This document shows, in pieces, positions 35,929 to 48,610 of a stretch of 64,000 nt of DNA (positions within the stretch are counted from its first letter, which is position 1; each line of letters begins with the position of its first letter). The notes under the pieces are model-generated. The model searched no databases, was not told the DNA's origin, and was given only the letters and a program-made list of their open reading frames with translations. A program made the position numbers and the translations under genes. Source of the stretch: Pseudogymnoascus verrucosus (taxonomy: Eukaryota); NCBI GenBank assembly GCA_001662655.1, contig KV460219.1; one strand, given 5' to 3'.

Positions 35929-36789
35929 TTCTTAACCACTGAGCTAAAGACCCTGGATTGATGGGTGCTGAGATGCTATGATTTGTTTAACACAACGCAT
36001 TGCTTCGCCGCATAGTATATTTGACGGGTCTCAAAGTCGCGAGGCAGCTGTTTCATTATACGAAAACCCAGAGTACCCACCGGCCTATGACAATGTAACC
36101 GCAACTTAAGGTCACTCGGGGGGGTTGTTTAACCCACCGTATTTCTAGTTCAACCAACCGGAATTTCCCGCAGTTCCACCTGCCCGTTGACTCTACGAAG
36201 GTGATGATAGCCCATATCTTGGCCGAAAGCTGAATATCAAAGAATAAGACGGGATGATTATTAAAACGGCCAAGAATCGCTGATAGTTCTTTTGCGATGC
36301 GTTTATACTGTTGGAAACCCTGATTGGATCTCTACCCCAAAGGCACTTTGATTTTGTGATAGTCGCAGAGTCATTTTTGCTGGCTGTTGCACAGCCGCAT
36401 GCTTTGGCCGGTTTACATGGAGTATATCCAAAAGCTCAGCTTACATTGCCAGGATATGTTATTTGTGACCCGAATATGGGTTTATTCCTCGAGTTTCGTC
36501 CATTCAGTGCTAGTTTTTCGTCATTGACTGTAGAGATCACATCGAGTCAGCGCAAAATGGACAGAGGTGAGCCTTGAGAGACGAATAGTCTCATAATAAT
36601 ATAAATAGGAAGACAATATCCAGTTTACATGCGCACTCCTCACAAGACATCAAATCGTCAGATTCATACAAAAACGTAGGCGTTTAATCTTTCCAAATAT
36701 TTATTAATAAAATATTATCCATCCTATTTGAACTTCACTAATCAGACCTAGAATACAACCACAAAGCCACCAATACAAAATAATCCAAC

Positions 36790-37110
36790 ATGCACTTCTC
36801 CACTATCCTCGCCGCCGCCTCCAGCCTCCTCGTATCAGTTTCCGCCGTAGGCGTCCGAATCTGCTACAACTCTCCCTTCCAGGAGTGCACAACCGTCACA
36901 GGCGGCTCAGGCCAATGCATATATGTCGGCGCTCCGTACAATGACCACGTCTTTTCAGCAAATGCATTGTCTGATACCAGCTACTGCGACTCCTACAGAG
37001 ATATCAACAATGGTGCTTGCAGTGGACCATTAGTGGGGGGCATTGATCAATCCGGATACTCGGGGCTGCCATACGGGTCGGACACGAGCGGGTTTGTTTG
37101 CTACGCTTAA
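36790..37110 (+). CDS. Small secreted cysteine-rich protein (106 aa, 6 Cys), beta/gamma-crystallin-like pattern
   Basis: Signal peptide MHFSTILAAASSLLVSVSA; mature domain C..C..C.YNDHVFS..C..C..SGFVC. TATAAATA at 36600 and a likely 5'-UTR intron at about 36676-36751. Confidence 0.85.
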   Translation: MHFSTILAAASSLLVSVSAVGVRICYNSPFQECTTVTGGSGQCIYVGAPYNDHVFSANALSDTSYCDSYRDINNGACSGPLVGGIDQSGYSGLPYGSDTSGFVCYA

Positions 37111-37316
37111 AGTGTGCAGAAAATCATGTGAATGGGTGCGCTGAAATAGAAAGTGAGGGAAACGTGGACGCGGAGGAAGAAAAGTGATGAGATAGGCTCT
37201 TTGTCAAAATGAAACCCGTCTTTGCCATCTGTGAAAATGTGCATTGGCTGGTTTGTAGCTGTAGTTACCGCTATTTTAATGTCACTTTCAAGTTTTCCCA
37301 CTTCCTATCACGCCCC

Positions 37317-39244
37317 CTAAATCGTCATAAACCAATACCGAGTCGGGGAATCCCACTCCATAAACACCTCAGCCTCCATAGCGTCAACCGCAACCTGCTT
37401 CGGCATTTCCATACCTAGATTATACGCATCCGCCATCACAGCGTCCACGACTGGCGCACAGATATATACCCTTTTAGCCATAACCTCTTCTCGGCTCTTC
37501 GCATCCTTTTCAAACGCCCCATCGGGGCTTAGGATCATGTAGTACTTTGTATAACCCCCAAATCCCGGCTTCATTCGTACCACCATCCCTGGTCGCAGAC
37601 GGTCCTGAAAAGGCACATCTGACTTCGTAGCCGGCGCATCTCCGGGCAATACGGCAGGAGCTGACTCGGAGGCGGCACTACGGGCGCTGCGTGAGTCAAT
37701 GTGCAGACGCCATAGCTTATCGTAGAAGGCACGGGCATGTTCAGGGGAGATATCAGGGGATTTGAGGCAGCGGGCGACAAACTCGCCTTTAGGGAGTTTA
37801 CATAGTTGGGTTCCTGTTTCGGTGGGGGCGACGATGGCGTGAGAGATGGCTGGGGTGCCGGACTAAAGGGTCTGTGTGAGAAAGGGAGCGCTAGGTCTGA
37901 GACGGGACGACTTACGTTCTTCTCGATCCATTCGGTGAGGGCTTCGTGGGACCAGGTGCTTGGTATATTGACATTGTAGGCTGCGGGCTTGGTCTTTGGG
38001 ACCGGCACACGGAGAAGCTCGGCGTACCGCAGGGTGTTTTTACTTGGTCCGGCATCTGCTGCGTTGGGTTTAACGCAGGCCAGAATAGCGGTTTTGCAGT
38101 AACGGTCGCCCTTTACGTCGAAGACATGCTTTAGCACTTTCGTCAGGACGCTGCTCCGGAATGGAACGTGGACATTCATCGCTCTCTTGTTTGAGGCCAC
38201 ACCATCCGTCATATTCCACATTGCTCTGCCTCGGATGCAATCCTTTAGCGTTGATAGAGACATATTGATATCTCGAGTCTCTTTCATCCGGTCTTTGGAA
38301 TGCTCCTTGACGTCTCTATCTACCTCACTTCCAGCGAGATCAACAAGGAATAGAAGACCATCTGGCGCATCGGTGACATCTCTGTTCACAATCCTGATAC
38401 GGCAAACCGCATGAGAGCGGGAAGAACTGTCGTTCTTGACAGTGGCTGCTGTCTTTCGGAAAGACATACTGCGCTCAATATGCGAAAGAAGTTCTTCGGC
38501 AGTGGCCGGCTTTTCCTCAATAGCACCTACGAGTTGGGATTCGCCAAAGGCATCTTCCATGACAACAATCTTTCGGCGGTCATTTAAGAGGTCTGCTGTG
38601 CGTTAGTATCCGAGGCCTTTGAGTGCGTATCTGCCCACATGATAATGAGCTGGTTGACTGGGGATTTACCAAACGCTTCTTTTCCAACTAACTCAAATGC
38701 GCATATATATATATCGCGGCTGCCCTCAAGTTTGCCATTCATAAGCTCGGCAGCGGCCAGTTTCTCCAACTCGCTTACACTGTGCGTCTTCCCGGATCCT
38801 GTCTGGCCATAGGCAAACAAAGTGCTGATCCCACCCCCCCATGCCCAGGGAACCAGTGGAGCTACAAGATCATGGTAGACATTTTCAGACGTCTGGTCTG
38901 GCCCGTACACTTTGTCGAGTCGGAAACTGGACGACTGCGAAGACTCATCAGCACCTTTGCGCCCTGAGGTAGGAATAAAGGGGCTCACATACGTTTAATG
39001 CTGGCTGGCCATTGACTTTTCGTCGTAACTCGTGGACATCTGCGAATCCTTCTTCAGAGCGTGCGTAGACGCCAGTAACTTCCTGATCCTCAATCTCTTT
39101 CGGGAGCAGCGGCCGGATACGTGCGCCTATGGATGTATCCCCACCCGACTCGGAGCCACCGCCGGCGGCTTGCCCAGGCGCAGGTTTGAAGGCAGCCACC
39201 TGCTTAATGTACGACTCTCTGTTTTCCTGAAAAAATGCTTCCAT
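37317..39244 (-). CDS. Kinesin motor protein, kinesin-13 (KIF2/KIF24)-like, 4 exons
   Basis: ARIRPLL; P-loop LFAYGQTGSGKT; switch I NDSSSRSHAV; switch II LVDLAGSE; HVPFRSSVLTKVLK. Confidence 0.9.
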
Positions 39245-40601
39245 GATGAATGTAAATAACCAAAATATTTATCTTGTTTGGGCTGATACAGCAAGATTGA
39301 ATAAAGGGGATGTTTGTTTATAAACAACTTCCCGCGTTGCTATCGGATATGTAACCGATTTCTAGGCACCCTTTTTTGGGCTTCCCCGTAGCGACTTGGC
39401 GGTGGAAATTGGTGTTTTCAGACTGCTGCCTTGGAGGTCTTTCTCGTGAAATGAAAACATTACCAAATTGAATTCAATAAAAATGAAAATACTTTCCTTG
39501 TAGGTTCAGTCCTTAGGAAGGTTCATGAGGCATCCAAAACGACAGTGATCGTTGAAGCGCTGAACCCTGGTGGGACGGAAACCACCGAGATAAGCTCCCG
39601 CCAATTACTTGGCAGGGTACCTTGACACTTGGCTTTCAACTACCGTACAAACAAGCTTTGAGGAAGACTCCTTGGGAATGCGACCTCATGATGGGTTACA
39701 CGATCCTGCGTCTCGCATGTAGAGATATATGAAAGCTAGGAAATGGTGTCACTGTAGAATCGTTATTTCCGTTGTAGCTGTCGGAGTCGTATGGCTGCGC
39801 AGCTTCCCGATTCGCCTGATTGCTTCGATTCTAGTTAGCCAAAGGCGCGGTGTTAGCCTTCAGCGTGCTGGCGCATCTTCTGCGATCCTACTTCCGTCTA
39901 AAAGTAAGGTCTTACATCCGCTTTCATATTATTTCGGCTGTTGTGTCGGAAGAAGAGGCCTATACCGAAACCGTTGTTAAAGCGGGTGGCGTTTGTGGGG
40001 CTATAGCCACTTCCGCTTATATAGTACAGCAGAATAATTACGACTAGCTACTGAGCACGAGGTTGGCAGTTTACTGCAGGATTAATATCCGCTGCTGACC
40101 GTGAGAGCGGCTATTGGTGCAGTTATTCCAATGGCCTGCTGTGGAACATATTACATCTCTGACCCAGCTCCGCCAACAGATGGGATCGAGACCCTGAGAT
40201 ACACTCAGCCAACAAAGCCCTCCATCCTTCCTCTTGCTACATGAGGTTACAGTAGACCCTAAGTCTCCAACAAAGACGGCGAGGCAGTAATCCGACTGGC
40301 CGCTTAAAGCACGTCATGACCGAAGAGTGTCGCTCTTTCCAAAATGGGCAGGTGGATTTGGCTAAGTGATGGGCGGTGGGGTTCCCGTGATGTTCCAGGG
40401 TCTAGCTTCTTCGTATACCAAGCACCTCAACATATGGATGCACGCACGCGATGCGATCCTTGCAATAGTTAGTAAAAAAGACAATGGGCTCGGCGGCACT
40501 TAAATGTTTGCTCTTCCCCTCCGGGGGATCTGCCTTCTGCATGTTCTGTTTATCACTCACGCCCTTTCAGCGAAATATTAGCTTACACGCGAGACTCTGC
40601 C

Positions 40602-43390
40602 ATGGCGTTCTCATCGCTGCGCAACAGATTTCTCGGTCGAAGTACCCCGAGCGCTGAGAATCCTATACCCGAGTCTGACAACCCGGTGCCCGTGTTTGAG
40701 AAATCGGGCGCGGCTACAACATCCGAGGCGGATGCCATTGGGAATGGTTCTACCTTGTCCAGCGGCGAGGTCATCTTTGACTCCGAGAAGGGACCCGTCA
40801 TTATTGGCCGAGAGGGCAGTGATAGTGACGAGCACTTTGCCGATGACGACCCGGCGCTCAGAGATATCCCACCGCAGGTGCGACGTATTGTCAGTTTGAC
40901 GGATGATCCGACCCTGCCTACTCTTACCTTCAGATACTTCATCTTAGCCATCTTCTTCGTGGCACCCGGTGCCTTTGTGTCGCAGCTGTCCAGTTACCGC
41001 ACGACGTATGCGCCCTACTCCGTGTTTTTCGTCCAGATTCTGTCAAACTATATGGGACTCTGGCTGGCTAAGATATTACCTGAAAAAACTATAAGGCTGC
41101 CATTCACAAAGTTCGGATTCAGTTTGAATCCCGGGCCGTGGAATTCAAAGGAGCATGTTCTTGTTACTATTTCGGCTGCGTCAGGAGCGACGTATAATCT
41201 TGCATAGTAGGTCTGCACACGTCTACGAACGATGGCCGCTAACTAGTATACAGTGGACCGATTTCAATGGCAGAGCTATATTTTGGTATCAGAATCAACC
41301 CTGCTGTTGCCATTTTCTTCATGTGGGCGGTCGTTTGGGTTGGTTATTCATATGCGGCCATTGCACGCCAGTTCTTGCTCTATGATCCACAATATCCGTG
41401 GTTCTCTGCGTAAGTTTTCCTAGGCAGATCGAGTAGCATATCGAGAGGCAAAGTGCTGACAGGACAGGTTGTGTCAAACGGCCCTATTCGAAACACAGAA
41501 AAAGCAAAACGCACATCCCACACGAGTCTCTAGGAAACAAATGAAAGTATTCTTTTTTGCTCTGGGGTTCGTCACCACATGGCAATTTCTCCCCGAGTTT
41601 ATCTTCCCAATGCTGGGTTCCATGGCATTCTTATGTTGGGTAGCCCCAAGAAATGCTACAGCAAACTTTCTCGGCTCTGGATTTGGTGGAATGGGCCTAT
41701 TGAATCTATCATTCGACTGGTCTAATTTGAGCAACCTCAGCAACAGTGGAAGTTTGTTCGTTACACCGTGGTGGACACAGGTTATTATTTTCCTTGCCTA
41801 CGTTGTCGCCTGTCTCATATTAATTCCGGCCGCAAAATGGGGAGGCCTCGGCCAGTGGGACCACAAACTTATGAGCAACAGACTATTCACAGGTGATATA
41901 CCTCCCCTACCAGTACGCTTTTGAGGCTAACATTTCCCAGTCGATGCCGAGCCATACCCTATTCTGGAGTTGATGACACCACAAGCGACCTTCAACGAAA
42001 CCGCTTATGCTGAACATGGCCAGATCTACGTTGGTACTCAAGTACTATGGACCATGTTTTTTGACTATGCAAGTTATTCCTCTGGCGTTGTGTGGCTGCT
42101 GTGCTTCGGATACCCAACAATCAAGGCCACGATCGAGAAGCTGCGAGCCCGACGACGCGCAGGTGGTAAAGAAACAATTAACCACCAGTACAATGATCAG
42201 CTGAACATTCTTCAGCGTTCATATGAAGAAGTTCCATGGTGGTGGTAAGTAATATGGTCATATAACATATTAGCCACTGACACTTCTCTAGGTATGCGCT
42301 ATTGTTTCTAGCCTCATTTGTGATTATTATTACCTGTGTTGCAACGGGACAGCTGTTTATACCAGTGTTCACTGTATTCGTAGCCCTGGCAACTGGTGCG
42401 GTAATGGTCATTGTAAGTAATGTATGACCTTGGAAGCTACCAACTTGCTAATGTCGAATTTCAGCCATTGGGATGGCTCTATGCTGTCTCTAATTACCAA
42501 CTAGTGAGTGCTTCTGAACTACGTTGACAACGCGGGCTCCATACTGACACATTTCAGGCGATCGGAACTACGAATGAACTTCTATACGGCTTGATGGTCA
42601 ATTCTATAAGTGGCAACCACAACCCATGTGGGGCAACTGTGTACAGCTCCATTGCAGGAGATGCATGGTACCGCGCCCAGCTCATGTTGCAAGATCAGAA
42701 AATTGGCCACTATATGCACGTACCACAACGAGCCGTGTTCTTCTCTCAGCTTTTCGGGTCCTTTATTGGTATCCCTATTAACTATGGCGTTATTCGCTGG
42801 GCCGTGAAGTCAAAGGCGGAGTACCTCAACGGGACTAAAACAGACCCAACGCATCAATGGACTGGTCAATCGCTCGCAAGTACCTTGACAACGAGCGTAC
42901 AATACGTCTTAATTGTAATTTTCAGTTCTCAACTATCTCCCAGGCCTTCACTGACACCAATCCACAGGGCCCCAAGCGTCTTTTCCAAGAATCTCTCTTC
43001 TACCCTGTCCCATACGGCTTCCTGGCCGGCGCCATAACCCCACTCATCCTCTTCGGCCTGCACAAGCTCTTCCCACGCGCGAAATTCCAGCTCTGGAACA
43101 GCACCATCTTCTTCGCGGGATTGTCGTACTTCTACGGCAATATCAGTACGGGCTACTTCAGCTCCATTATCGGTGGCTTCGTCGTCATGTTCTGGGCCTA
43201 CCGTTATCGCTATGACCTATGGGCGCGCTACAACTACCTACTCGCGGCAGCGTTTGATGCGGGGTACAATCTGAACCTTCTGCTCATCTTCTTATTTTTT
43301 GGCGCGGGGAAGGTGGTCACGATGCCGAATTGGTGGGGGAACAATGCGGATAGTAGTGATAGGTGTTTTGCGCTGGATAAGAGTGCTTAG
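40602..43390 (+). CDS. OPT-family oligopeptide transporter, multi-exon
   Basis: DDPTLPTLTFRYF, NPGPWNSKEHVL, LQDQKIGHYMHVPQRAVFFSQLFG, YNYLLAAAFDAG and MPNWWGN. Confidence 0.93.
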
Positions 43391-43656
43391 ATGGATGGGG
43401 GGGGTTGGGAATAAGGCCGTGGTAGGGCTGTCTTGTGTTATACCAGACCGATTTAATGTTGTGAATAACTGTTTATTGGAATTAGATGGGTGATAAGTTG
43501 GTCATTTTTCGCAAGAATATAGACCAATCATCAAACACATATAGTTTTGTATTGACTGATTTATATATATAGATTGAGTAGATTTTGTATTAATACGCAC
43601 ACGAAACAAACTTCTGAAGTGTCCGACATACAGCGAACAATCTTAGCAACCCTTCT

Positions 43657-45312
43657 CTAAGGGCAGTCTGCATCATACACGTCCGCCACCCCCGGATTCG
43701 GCCCAACGCCATTCTCCCACCCCAATCTTACCAGTGTCTCCCCCTTCACATCATATTTCGGCCACCCATACTTCACCAACCCCTCCGCTGGATCCCTGGC
43801 AAACATCCCCATCATACCCCTCAAATAAATCCCCATCCTCACCAAATCCCCCGACACCTCCGCACCCCCCGACCCCGCCCCCACCGTATCGAAAATCGGC
43901 AGCACCTCGCTGGCATGGTATGCCCCGCTGTCCGGGACCGTCGTCAGCGCGAGCTCTGGGAAGTTTCCGAAATAGCGGTACCGGAACGTTGGCAGTCCCG
44001 CCGCGACGCTGGCAGCGGAACGCGTCGCTGCGGGACACGTGAAGCTGACGAGATTGAAGCCGTCCCACTCTGCGTCGCTGAGGTACTGGTCAAAGACCGA
44101 GGCGATGGCACGGTGGTAGCCGGCTTCGTAATTGGTGTTTCCGATTAATAGGGGCACCTTGGCAAACTTCCCCGCAGCGAGGCGGGCGGGGTAGTCGGAG
44201 AAGGCGATCTCTTCGTCAATGGTGGGCCAGAAGAAGGCGGAGCCGTAGGCCTGGTTGACGAGCGGGATGGCGTTAGTTATGTTTTCGGAAGGCTTCGTGC
44301 GCATGCATGCCATCTGTGTAGCGGGAACGGTAGTATTGTCACCGCAGCCAAGCGTGGATGTTACAGTGTACCAGCTCTCGGCGGTCGTTTCGGCCGTGAA
44401 GGTGCCGATGGCTGTAGTTCCGGATTCCAAAACTAGGCCGGCGGCGATGGGGTCATCGGCATAGGCGAAGGAGTACATGTCGATTGAGCCGCCGCCAGCG
44501 GACTGGCCGAAGAGCGAGATGCGTTTTGGGTCGCCGCCAAAGGCGCGAATATTGTCGCGGACCCATTCGATGGCAAGGCGTTGGTCGAGGATGCCGAGGT
44601 TTTTGTGGTAGCCAGGGGCGCCAGGGAAACCGAAGATATTGAGGCGATAGCTGGGCTGCGGGTTAGCAAGGGAGTTCGGTTTCAGGGGTTAGCGGGGGCG
44701 TACTTGAAGGTTACAAGGACGACGTCTTCTTGGTCTGCGATATACTGCCCATCGTATATTGGGTCCGACGAGGAGCCAATTGTGTAACCACCTCCATAGA
44801 CCCAGATCAGGACAGCCTTACCCTTCTCGCCGAACTGCGGTTTCGTCCAGACGTTAAGGGTAAGGCAGTCCTCGCTTGAATCCGCGTAGCCGAAATTCAA
44901 GTCGACGAGGGCAGCAAGACCTGCCGCTGTGAGGTTCTTGCCCTTAGTATTTGGAGGCGTAGAGCCGCCGAAGACGTTGGCTTGAGGACATGAGTGGCCC
45001 TGGTTTGGAATTCTTAGTTCAGGGCATGCAAAAGCGGTGTGTGGGGGAGCATACGAATTTCGAGCCGTCGATCGGCTTGTGATTATAATATCCTTGGGGG
45101 GGAGCAAAACGAAGATCACCAATGGGAGGTTTGGCATAAGGAATTCCGAGATAGGTGGACACGTTCTTTGCGGATGATGCGGCGTGCCCAGAGACGGGGC
45201 CGCCCTGGGTGTAGACTGTCTGGCCGATAGTCCATGAGTGCTTAGCAGGCGTGCTGCTTGCTGGCGAGTAGAGGCAGAGGATGCCGGTGAGAAGAGCTTC
45301 ACGGAGTCTCAT
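43657..45312 (-). CDS. Secreted type-B carboxylesterase (cholinesterase-like), 3 exons
   Basis: Signal peptide; YLGIPYAKPPIGDLRFAPP; SEDCLTLNVW; WVYGGG; nucleophile FGQSAG; GNTNYE; AYHASE. Confidence 0.93.
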
Positions 45313-46618
45313 TGTAGTGGTCTATTGTTATTGAAGGTAAAAGATAAATTCAAAGGAGAGTCGGTGGTGACAAGAGATATCATTCATTTACGCTGCCTGG
45401 CGCCCATCTTGTTTTTTATATATGACAAACGAACTTCCAGTGACGACGCTCTGTTCACGAATCGGTAATGCTTACCCGACTCAATAAGATGTATATACAA
45501 AAACATATGTTGAACCCGACAAATGCGGTGTGGTTACGCTGGGTCCAAGAGCTCGATGTTACAAGGCGTCCAATACCAGGATGGTATTTAAGCTGTCATG
45601 TCTCACCGGGCCAGGGTGATGTGCAAAGGTTTAGCTGCAACGGTCTGCGTCACTTCGTATTGCGGATTCTTGGCTACCCGAACCCTAATATTCTCGCGGA
45701 TCATCAGCCTTTTAGGCCATGGGCTGAGGCTGTGGAGTGACCTGCTTACGTAGACTGTGAGATGTTTATAACTTTGTTCATCATGAATTCCATGGAGTAT
45801 GGATACCGTGTATACGTAAGACTTCTATTTGGTTTGGATTGAGAAGCAGCCACTCAACCAATGTGAGAACAAGTCCCCTTTCGGAAATCACGTAATATTG
45901 TGAGACGGCATCGCCGGATCCTACACGTTTCTCATTTTGATTGAATTTTTATGAATTTTATTAATTAGTTTAATGAGCCTATAATATGAGCTTCGAAATC
46001 TAATTCTGAAGCAACTCTAATGCAACAGACCTGCCATCAATCACGTGTGTATTTAAACAACTGTTTCGGCGTATCCGGCTACCCTGGTTGACCCTAGACA
46101 ATCAGGTACGGATACGAGGTACGACTAGCCTCCCTGTCGCTTCTCACGGCAAATACAACCCACTCTAACCATGCGTCTGTATATCCATCTCCTCAACCAC
46201 ACAACATCGTCTATCTATTCTATATTCGGCGAATCGGTCGTTCTTCGTTGGACTTGTCTTGGCGTCTATTGATCCTATCGACTTCTTTCCATACATGATT
46301 ACACTCTATACCCCTCCACGTGGGCGCTTGTTCCTGCGCTTGCATTTATCCAGGGATTTTAGTTCACAACTGGTGCTTTCAAGTGCTGATCATCAGCAAG
46401 GGCATTGCGAGCACGTGGGCTTCTACCCAAACGCGAGTCGATACCTTCAAAAAAACAAATCAAAGGAAGCTCGAAGCTATCAAGGTAGGAAGTTTGACGT
46501 TTTTTTAGACTAGGTCTCAGGTAAATATAAACCCTCTCGTCGCTCTTTTCTTTTCCAGTCAACCTGCCACCCGGTTGGCGTTTCTTCTCCAGTTCTTTTC
46601 AGCTTCGTGATCTTCACA

Positions 46619-48403
46619 ATGGCGCGCTTCCCAGCTGTCTTGGCTTCGGTCGTTTCCACCTTGCTCCAAGCTTTCCCCGCCAATGCCGCCGCCGCCACCG
46701 ATGCCGCAGCCGCCAATGCGACCATGAACTCCCAGATTCGCCTGGCGTATGCCGGTGATACTGGCATGTTCGTTAGCTGGAACACTTTTGACCACTTGTC
46801 GAACCCAACTGTGCACTACGGTCTTTCCCCAGATGCATTGACCGAGACAGCTTCGTCTGAGGTTTCGATAACATACCCTACTTCTCTGACATATAACAAC
46901 CATGTCAAGTTGACCGGCCTGAAGCCGGACACGCTGTACTACTATCTCCCAGGTCACCTTTTGACCGCTACCGACACGTCGGTCCCTTTTACTTTCAAGA
47001 CCAGCAGATCAGCTGGAGATGGCACACCTTACACCGTGGCCATGTTTGCTGATCTTGGCACCATGGGCCCGCTCGGTCTCACAACATCCGTTGGCAAGGG
47101 CGGGGATAGCTTCCTTGAAATTGGCGAGAGGAACACAATTGAGGCCCTGGAGGCTGATGCGAACACCTTCGATTTCATGTGGCACGGTATGATACGTTCG
47201 CCCTAATTCATCGCATTAACTAACGTTTAGCGTAGACGGAGATATTGCGTATGCCGACTACTGGTTGAAGGAGGAGATCCAGGGTTTCCTCCCTAACACC
47301 ACTATTGCTGAGGGATACAAGGTCTATGAGTCCATCCTGAACGCCTTTTACAACGATATGGCCTCAGTCACCGCGTTCAAGCCTTACATGGTTGGCCCCG
47401 GTAACCACGAGGCAAACTGCGACAACGCAGGGACAACCGATAAGGCAAAGAACATCACCTACGATTCCAGCATCTGCATGCCCGGCCAGACTAACTTCAC
47501 CGGTTTCCGCAACCACTTCCGCATGCCTAGCGCGGAGTCAGGTGGTGTCGAGAACTTCTGGTACTCTTTCGATCACGGGATGACGCATTACATCCAGCTC
47601 GATACCGAGACCGATCTCGGCCACGGCTACATTGGCCCCGATGAGGCCAATGGAACCGAGGGATTCTCGGAAGGCCCATTCGGAATCATGAATCAGCAGA
47701 CTACTTGGTTGGAGAACGACCTGAAGTCTGTGGACCGCACCAAGACCCCTTGGGTCATTGTCGGTACGTCTTCCCTACCCCTCTCATTAACCTTATAAAT
47801 CTAACCCTCAACCTAGCTGGCCACCGCCCGTGGTACCTCAGCGCCAAGAACGAGTCCGGCACCATCTGCTGGGGCTGCAAGGAGGTCTTCGAGCCCCTTC
47901 TGATCAAGTACAACGTTGACCTGGTCTACTCCGGCCACGCACACGTCTACGAGCGTCTCGCTCCCATGAACAACGGCGTCAGCGACCCTAACGAGCTCGA
48001 CAACCCTTCCGCACCATGGTACATCACCAACGGCGCCGCTGGCCACTACGACGGCCTCGACACTCTTGATGAGCACCACGACTACTCTCGCTTCGACCTT
48101 GACATCGAGGACCACGCGTACGGGTGGAGCAGAGTCACCTTCCACAACTGCACGCACATGACTCACGAGTACATTGCGAGCAGGAACGGCAGCGTGCTCG
48201 ACTCGGCGACGCTGATTAAGGACCGCAAGTGTGCGTTCTCGTCTGGCGGCGGTAGCGGCGGTAATGGCACCGGGGGTAACGGCACCGTGACCCCAACTGG
48301 ACCTTCTGCTGTCCCGACTGTCCCGACTGGTGATGCTTCCCGCTACGTCTTTGGCGGCGTGATTGCTGCTGTTTCGGGACTGGTTGCGTTTGCGCTTTTG
48401 TAG
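46619..48403 (+). CDS. Secreted purple acid phosphatase / metallophosphoesterase with probable GPI anchor, 3 exons
   Basis: Signal peptide; FN3-like N-domain (LTGLKPDTLYYY); metal motifs DLG, GDIAYAD, GNHE, GHRP and GHAH; Gly/Thr linker then hydrophobic C-terminus. Confidence 0.92.
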
Positions 48404-48610
48404 ATAATATTATGCCACGCCGCCTTTATGGCGAAGTTGATTGGTGTTGATATATTGCAAATAATAGAATTATCATTTAACAATAAACAATCAAGATAAT
48501 CTTGAGTAAGACCCCATGTACATAGCTCAGTGACATAGTATTTTTATGTCGTGCTTTTAATGTCGTGTACTTTTTATTTTTAAATTATTTTCCTTCCTAT
48601 CTATATATAT

